DNA of 64,000 nt from Bugula neritina (lineage: Eukaryota; Animalia; Bryozoa). Positions 56,179 through 64,000 of the stretch are shown here, one piece after another. The DNA lies in assembly GCA_964035545.1 (NCBI GenBank), contig OZ037768.1:9828741-9892740 (forward strand). Direction: 5' to 3'. The position numbers were made by a program, and so were the translations under genes. Below the pieces are notes generated by a model. That model had not been told where the DNA came from. It saw only the letters and a program-made list of their open reading frames with translations, and made no database searches. Every line of letters begins with the position of its first letter. The first letter of the stretch is position 1.

Positions 56179-57289
56179 CTGTAATGTCCGTATTGACTTA
56201 TATAGATGGAAAACCTCTCGTGAAACGGATGTACCAATTCTGTCAAATCAGACATCTGAATCACCCGTCCGATCTTGAGTCGATATTCATACCCAAATCA
56301 GACTTCCGTTTTCTACCGATTACAAAGAAAAACGAGAATAACGCAAGGTACGATTTAATAACATTAGTAGTGCCAAAGTCAGTTAATGGCGGGCAATAAA
56401 TCTGGTACAAAGGGTTTGTGGAAGTTTCAAGTAAGAATATTAAGTTTTATCTGTTTACAACAGTATCAGAAAGCTACCTTGGTTAGGGTAACACATCAAG
56501 TGGATAATTTTTGTAACAACGTGGTAATTAATAATGGAATTATAATGAAGTAATGAGTGGTCTGTGGCCTATGGTAAAATAACACGTTATTATGCAAGAT
56601 GTTCCGGATTTAAATGGCTAAAACTAAGCTGAAAACAGGTGGAGAACATTACAAAAATCTAGCAATAATATACCAGAATTATCTGCGCTGTCGCGAAATA
56701 GTTAACAATTGAAACTAAAATAGCTCAAATATAAAAATCATCATAGAGCAGTTCATTAACTATTGTCAATTACTTTTTAGTAAAAATTATTTATAATTAT
56801 ATTTATAATAAAACCGCGTGATTAGAAAACGGGAACAGGAACTCGTTCATTTCTGGTGTCAACGCATTTCAACCTAGTCACGGGTGCGTTCAGATTTATT
56901 GAGTAAATGATTTTGCAGCTTCGAGTTGATGGTGAATGGGTGAAATAGGTTGCGGTTCCAGAGTTTAAAGCTGGGGATTTTGATAGCCCCTCCCAACTTT
57001 AAACTCAAGGTCTGCAAACTATTACACTCATTCACCAGTAACTCCGAGCTGTTTATAAAGCTATTTCCAGTAAACACTGCACTCACGTCGTGGAGTTGGT
57101 GGCCTTACAATTTTGCTTTCCGCTTACTTTGCATTAGTTTTCCTCCTGCATGATTTAATCAACTTTATAAAGGTATATAGTGTGTTGGAACCTACAGTGG
57201 CTTCAACCTTCAATATAAATTATAATTTAAAAACACAATCACGAGACAGGGATCAGCCTCGGGTATCTGCATTGCGGTATTGGTAATCT

Positions 57290-57780
57290 TAAAGTTAATC
57301 TAATCTTAATATTTTACTTTTACTTTTAGTTTTACTTTATCATCATGTTATACTAATACTTATTGTTTTCGTTAAAGTACAAATTGAAGTTATACTTGAA
57401 GTTACTTTTATTTACATAAAAGTCAAAAGTAGAGTTAGTTCACTATCTCTAAGTCTAAGACTTAAGACTAAGAGTAAGCCTTACACTTACAGTTTGAGTT
57501 TTACTCTTTTAGTCTGACTTTGAGTATTAGTTAGCGTTACTATTATAATTACTATTAGTATTACGATTAATATATTACTATAACTATTAGTATCACTACT
57601 ATTACCGCTGCTGCTGCTACTACTACCACTAGTACTAGTAGTACTGGCAGTAGTTAAGTTAAAGTTACAATAGTCAAACTCAATGTCATAGTGATAGTGT
57701 TATAAAATAAAATATAATTATATCATAACTATAAGCATAACATAAACTATTAGTTAAATCTTAGTAGTTATGTGTTTTAC
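57290..57780. repeat. AT-rich low-complexity region (TTTAC/TAC/ACT repeats)
   Basis: Degenerate short-period repeats. Confidence 0.7.
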
Positions 57781-58383
57781 TCTTCTTGGCATACACTTAT
57801 AGCCATGTTCAACTCACCTTGTTACCCACCTATTAACAATTAGATGCGTTAATTTTTAAAGAAGCAATGAAGTTAGAGCGAATTGAGGGGGCATTTGCTA
57901 ACAATACTGATTTTCTGTATGCCCTCTAATAGTGTTGTGGTGATTCTAATGCATGTCACAAAGTTTTTCCAAAGAGCTACTTGCTAGCATTTTAAGGCTG
58001 TTTTCGTTATTTTCTATTTCTTTGCTAGCTCTAAGTTGTAAATGACTTGCAGTCATTAATTTTTTCTAGAAGCAAGTGTCAAGCATGTGTAATCCATTTC
58101 ATTTTCACTACATTGTTAATTTTATTGGTTAAGACAAAACAAGTGATATCAAATTTATTGTGCTCTCCGATGGGTGTAACATCGGATTAGCTAATTGGTT
58201 TGACACATGATCATAACTTTCAAAAAGTATTTTTGCAAAAGAAAATTTTACAAGACCGTGATTTTATATCATTGAATTTTTTGCCGTGTTGACATGTTGT
58301 TCATATTTTTAGAGCCCCAAGGGTAATCTTAGCAGTACTTCACCTATTGACAATCTTCGACACCAAACACCTTATACAGGACA

Positions 58384-59136
58384 ATGATTGGGAAAACACT
58401 AATCAAAACAGTAGTTACTATTAGCGCTTTTCTAATCTTGCATGCAGCTGAGTTGAATGGTGATAGTTCTACTGTTGCTTCACCATCTCCCTCTACAAAC
58501 AACAACCATGCAGTGTCTACTATCGCAAGCGTTGAGAATAGAGTAAACTGTTCGAATGGAACTGATGAATTTACAAACACTTCATGCGTGCTCACAACGT
58601 TAACACCACAGAATTCTCCTAAATATAATATTCTGGGAATAACGGATAGGAACTTTCAAATGTATCTCCGAGCATTCTATGTTGTAATAGCAGTCACTGG
58701 ATTGATTGTCATTTATCTGGTTGTAAAAACAGTAATGTAAGTGGCATTCTCTTTGTTCATGCATTGCATATATTATATATTTATATTTAAAGTGTAATAC
58801 AAACTCACTCGTGAGAACTCCTGATGGAAAAGTTTTTCTAACCAAGCTAAGGATTTGTTTTTTGCTGTAGCAAAGGAGCAATTACTAAGCCAGTGCTCTA
58901 ACTACTAGACCACGGCACTCCCCTCAACATATGTGTGATGCTTTCTGTTATTTCTAAATTATACATCCCATAAATTTTCTGTACTCTAACTATGTTGTAA
59001 TTTTAGTGTTCGAAAAAAGAAGAAAAAGACTCGCCGTTATGATGTGTTGGATGAAGAGCATTTGCGTCTACAAAATTTAGATGACGAAGACGAAGAGGAT
59101 TTATTTGATCAGTCGCAGCAAAGAAGGCTGATATGA
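58384..59136 (+). CDS. FAM174: FAM174 (TMEM157)-family membrane protein (exons 58384-58736, 59007-59136)
   Basis: Signal peptide, S/T/N-rich ectodomain, TM RAFYVVIAVTGLIVIYLVV, then VRKKKKKTRRYDVLD...LDDEDEEDLFD, matching the family tail (KTRRY-x-VL...acidic run...LFD). Phase-2 junction is consistent. Confidence 0.88.
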
Positions 59137-61786
59137 TTACAGCCGATGCTTGCGCATGACCTTGAATATAAAATTTTTTTCTCAAAACGTACTATTTTTG
59201 TGACACTAACTATCCTTATGGGCTAATAGGATATTTCATTCTAGTCAATCATTTTATACTCTACTAGTAGTAGCTGGGGTCTGGTACAAAGTATATTCAT
59301 GGGATTATAGCTGGACTTTGATTACAGTTTGGACATTTGCCTAATGATATTTATTTCATACATTATTAAAAACTCATTGTAGAGATGGTGAAAGTAATCT
59401 ATCAAATGATGTTTCTCATGTGATTAGTAGACTGACTATTAGGCTGGCTATATCCTACCAGCACTATTTATTTTAAACTGTTACTGCAGCTGTGCTCTAG
59501 CAATCATGGTACCCTACCATTGCTCCTATTTGTGCAAATGTTTCAAACTGATATTATTCAACTGTTTTGACACACTCTTCTATATTTTAGTGGGCAAAAT
59601 GTTGAATATTTTTTGCAAAATATGTCTTTATTATAACTATCGCTCCAAATTTCATAGTTAGATTTGCAACACACTACATTTTATTATGTATGTTCTATTA
59701 AATACATTATTATTTTTAGTATATATTCTTTTCAGAATGGTAAGTTGCCAGCATTAAATTTCATTTACACTTCTTACTTATAATATAATGTAGCTAAAAC
59801 TATTTGTTTATGGTTTTTAGGTATCTGGTAACAATAAATACTTGTATCTGCTAACAGTTGCACACAATACTCTAAATAATATTTAAGTTTTACTATTTAC
59901 CATGTAGCATATATGCAATACTTCTAACAAAATATACAATACCATAGAGGAAGTGGGTATAGAATTGTATGACTTTTAAGGTTAGGATTGTCGGAGCTCT
60001 CCATTGAATCATCAACTTTTATAAAACATTTCAGTCTATTGTGTAATTTTAATGCATGTGGCGCTGTAGGTGTAAAGGTTAGGCAATAGCTGAATTGTCT
60101 TCAAATTAAGTTAGACGAATCCTGTATCTTAATAAATTTATTCATGATTCCACCAGCTTGGCAAAATATAGGTTTTTGAAATAGACATTTATATGGAGCT
60201 TCCTTATTGCACTATACCATTACTATAAATAGAAATCTCCAGCTGCTTACTCTAAGAATGCAATATGCCATACAGTTTGCTATAGGTCTATATTGCGCAA
60301 GACTAATGATAAAAATAAACACATTCTTTTAATCAAATTCCAAAAGGCAGTTTAAACTTTTGAGTTGCATCCTCATTGTGGTTAAGCCTTTTTAATATAA
60401 TTTATAATTTGATCTATATACCCAATATTATACTTGGTATTATAAAAGTTGGTAAAACATTCATTTATATTATAATTTCACAAAACTGCCATGCAGCTAA
60501 AACATTATGCTTATAATAACCGAATAGCATTACCCTAACTTACACCACTGGAATTATCCCACCTTGTACTTTGTAACCTTCATTACACTTTATAGAGAAG
60601 AAATTGCTTTATATTAAGTACATTATAATAAATATATCTGCTTTTATCATATGCTGCTAATTTGTGAATAATATAGTAACACATTCAATTGGCATGGTAT
60701 TATTATATTATCTTTCTCAATAACTCTTGCTATAATGTCTTGCTTTATGCCCATGCTTTAAAGATGTGAACCCTCATAAGCCTATAATATGGTGAAACTT
60801 TAATTTCAGTGAAGTCATGCCCAACTCTACCACAATGCAATTGCAGAGCTTGAAACCCATGAAACTGTTTAGTTAACTATTTTTCAAAGGAAGGTTACAT
60901 GAGGTCAAAGGTAATGCTAGAAACTGTCAATAAACTGAGTCACTTCCAAAGTTCATTTTTTACATGTCAGGTTTCAAATATCTTTGCAAAACTTGTCTTT
61001 AAATACGAATTGCTTGGGCAGCTACTGTAAAAAAAGTTAAAGCTTTCACTTTTTTAATATTTAATAACATGTTGAGGTAAAGTTATTTCCTCAAATATGT
61101 ACGCTTATCATTAGCTGTAACCATTGGAGAGAATTGTGTTGACATTATCCCATGGGTGTTATTACGTATAGATTTTCATATCTTATCTTCGTATGGTAGT
61201 CATTGAAAAGTAAATTATTATTTTAAATACACACTCTTACTGCATGATCTTAAGGCAGCACATGCTCATGCAAGGCAGGTATCTCATGAAGCTTAATCAA
61301 TATTTACAGTAGTTAATATAACGTATAGTATATAGCATTCACTTCGTATCTGCCTGTCTGACAACTGGGTGTATTAATATTTTAGGTTATTTACAGTCTC
61401 ACTATTTCACTTGCTGTTGGCTTATTTCTTATTTACAGTGATCAATTACAGCACTATAACTTTCAACTGTTCCTTGTAGGTAAGTTTTGCTACTTCATCA
61501 TTCAAAGTGCAGTTTAAGCAAAAAGCATAAGCAACAGTAATTATTGTTTCTAATTGCAATTTGAATTGTTTTAAGCTCAAATTTTTTTTCCCAATTACGG
61601 TGCTAAACTGTCAATATTTATACTCCTTAGATAGTTCATTGGTGTATATATATTTTACAGTAATATTATATCAATATGCAAGGCCACCTTAGAAATAAAA
61701 GTATATTAAAGTAAGCACTTATTCATTAAAAATGGCAAATAAGTTTTGAACCATCAAATTTCTAGTTGTAAGTGACAACAAGTAAA

Positions 61787-63594
61787 ATGGATCAGCTAAA
61801 GCGTAGACCATCAAATCACGTGAGAGTTAAGAGAAAAGCATCTGGCATTGTCAACAACTGTTCTCTTACAACCAGAGGGCAGAAACTGCTAGACGAAAGT
61901 AAGAGCAAATAAATAGTCTTATTATAGTTTATATAAAAGCACAATTGGCTTTATAAACTGTTGGGATCGGTCTGTCATACATGCCGCAAATCAGTATACT
62001 TTATATAAATCAAGTTTGCTATGCTCACACAGTTTTAAGTTGTTAGACGTCTTTCTAAGTTACCTGATGAATATATTTACTATAAAAGTGTAAACATATT
62101 AAACATTGAGCCACCATTTTATTTTAACTAGATTTGCATTACTATAACTCGTTAGTACCGAGTACATAGTCGTCAAGCATGTATAGCATATAAATGGTAT
62201 ATTATAAGCATACGTGATAGGTTAACATCTACTGTACGACTTTTTTTTATCAATTTAGTATCACAGGAAAGCAGAAGCCAGTCCGAGGACGAAGATTACG
62301 ACACAGATTTCGAGTCGGATGGTAAGATGTGTACAGAGCATGTTTCTGTATTGTAAAGTGATATTTTGTGCCTAATGTGTGTTTTGTGTAATGGCTTTGT
62401 CAATGAGCTCAGATATCAGAGAATAAAATAGCAATTATTTAGTGCATGACTTCAACAGGTTAACTTGCAAATATTTGTTAATATCAATGACATCTATATA
62501 GTTTAGAACATGTCAAAACTCTGTGTAACATAATCAATAAATCATGGGGCAGAATTTTAAATACTTTAAAGTAATTTTCCTGACAAACAATTGTGATTTC
62601 TTGTTGTTGTAAAAGTCAATAACTATAACAATCATCACAAATTTTACTTTTATTAATGACTTGCAATTCGAAATGAAATTTTTAATAAACAACTGCCACA
62701 GTATTTTAGCCTAAATAGATTCTTATACAGGCTTTTCTTTCCCCAATAATGCTAAATAAAGATCAATATATCTTAAGTTACACTGATTCAAGACAGTTGT
62801 ATCTGTGGTAGATTATTTCTATCCTATATTTGTGAAAATATATTGATTAAGCCATTCTATCAAACTTCTCAAATGTATGGAAGATTGTAGCTTACAATAA
62901 TGTCTTTTATAGTAATCTTTAATAGCATTTGAACAGTCAATTTAGTTTGAGATTGATGACTTCTATTAAGATACATGCAGATGGTTAATGAATAGATTTA
63001 CGTAACAAAATTAACTGTTCCATCCTACATAAAACAATTTCTCATGAAGTTCTATTTATAGATTCAGTAAAAGCGACATTTGACAACACTGGTGTGGATA
63101 CATATCTCAAAACATGTAAAAAGTTACGACAACTTCCAGTGAGGCACGTTTGTGAGAGTCTCGTGAATAATAAAGCAATTGAAGTTAGGAACCGAGGGCT
63201 AAATGCTCTTAGCGTACTCAGCATCATCAATGCCCTATTAGTAAGTCTGAATGCTAAGCGATCTTCATTATTATGAAGTAGTTAGTCTCTAAGTGGAAAT
63301 TCTCCTTCAAATTTCCAGTACCCTTATATTTCTAAGCATTGGTCTTCTTAATTTGACTGGGAAAGCATAAAGTCATTATATATTGGATAAAAATATAATT
63401 TATTACTTAATTTTTTAAATATGTCCTAAAAATATTTAAATTATATACAGTGTACACACTTCTGCTGACTGCGTTGTTATTGATAGGTAAATGTAAACAT
63501 AACAACGCTTTGTCTGGATGGAAATGCTTTGACATCAAAAACTTTAAAGTACATCTCATGGATGCTAACAGAAAACATCTCAATAACCACGTTG
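61787..63594 (+). CDS. LRRC74A/B-like leucine-rich repeat protein, 5' part (exons 61787-61898, 62259-62321, 63062-63240, 63487-63594; continues past the window)
   Basis: EDEDYDTDFE motif, then Y-xx-C-xx-L-xx-P (YLKTCKKLRQLPV), RNRGLNALSV...NAL, and an RI-type LRR NVNITTLCLDGNAL...LTENISITTL. This order is as recalled for LRRC74. Confidence 0.72.
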
Positions 63595-63699
63595 GTGAGA
63601 AATGCATGGTTATATTGTGTTCACTTAAACATTGCAACATAATATCAATGTTACAACAATACATGCTATTGTATATATTACTGTAATATGAGTGTATAT

Positions 63700-63880
63700 C
63701 ATTCATTGCAACATATACATATATTATAACATGTGCATATATTATAACATGTGAATATATTGTAACATGTGCATATATGTATTATTGCAACATATTCATA
63801 TATTATTACATGTGCATATATTGTAACATCTGCGTATATTATAACATGTGAATACTATATTGTAACATGTGCATAATATA
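63700..63880. repeat. ~18-bp tandem repeat CATATATTATAACATGTG
   Basis: About 9 degenerate copies in an intron. Confidence 0.85.
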
Positions 63881-64000
63881 TTACTCCTAATAAAACTGAA
63901 TAGTATATTACTGTATTGATATTGGTACCATCATACAAGTCTGGTAACATATCCCAACTACTGCTGAGACCATTAGTTACACGTATAAGTATTCTTTACA

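Noticed and set aside
56874-57153. Short opposing ORFs in a moderately GC-rich patch
   Set aside because: No gag, pol or other motif recognised and no convincing splice partners.
55065-57960. Possible terminal inverted repeats around the zinc-finger region
   Set aside because: Only a short TCACCACA/TGTGGTGA core matches, there is no TSD, and chance is plausible.
57820-58181. Possible solo LTR (TGTTACCC...GGGTGTAACA)
   Set aside because: Imperfect termini, no target-site duplication and no second copy.

Overview
AT-rich, intron-rich genomic DNA from an invertebrate animal; the taxon cannot be fixed from the sequence. Gene models were built by hand from GT/GC-AG boundaries and codon phase. 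In order: (1) the 3' ~27 kb of a pericentrin/AKAP9-family coiled-coil gene (+) with a PACT domain, whose largest intron holds a ~4.9 kb 16-bp satellite with higher-order structure; (2) a 3-exon secreted C-type lectin (+, QPD motif); (3) a 10-exon TRIP13/Pch2 AAA+ ATPase (-) with altered pore-loop residues; (4) a run of small, phase-compatible, very Lys/Arg-rich exons (-) upstream of TRIP13, either a separate ~180-aa basic protein or an in-frame N-terminal extension of TRIP13; (5) a ~14 kb single-pass receptor gene (-): signal peptide-CTL-TSP1-2xSushi-CTL-TSP1-6xSushi-FN3-R3-PTP-like juxtamembrane region-TM-short Tyr-motif tail, with no phosphatase domain; (6) a GC-rich C2H2 zinc-finger ORF (-) with a splice acceptor upstream and a polypurine tract plus LTR-like segment downstream; (7) a FAM174-family gene (+); (8) the 5' part of an LRRC74-like gene (+). 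The long ORFs at 10.3-15.4 kb are satellite artefacts. No CRISPR, rRNA or intact tRNA gene was seen.
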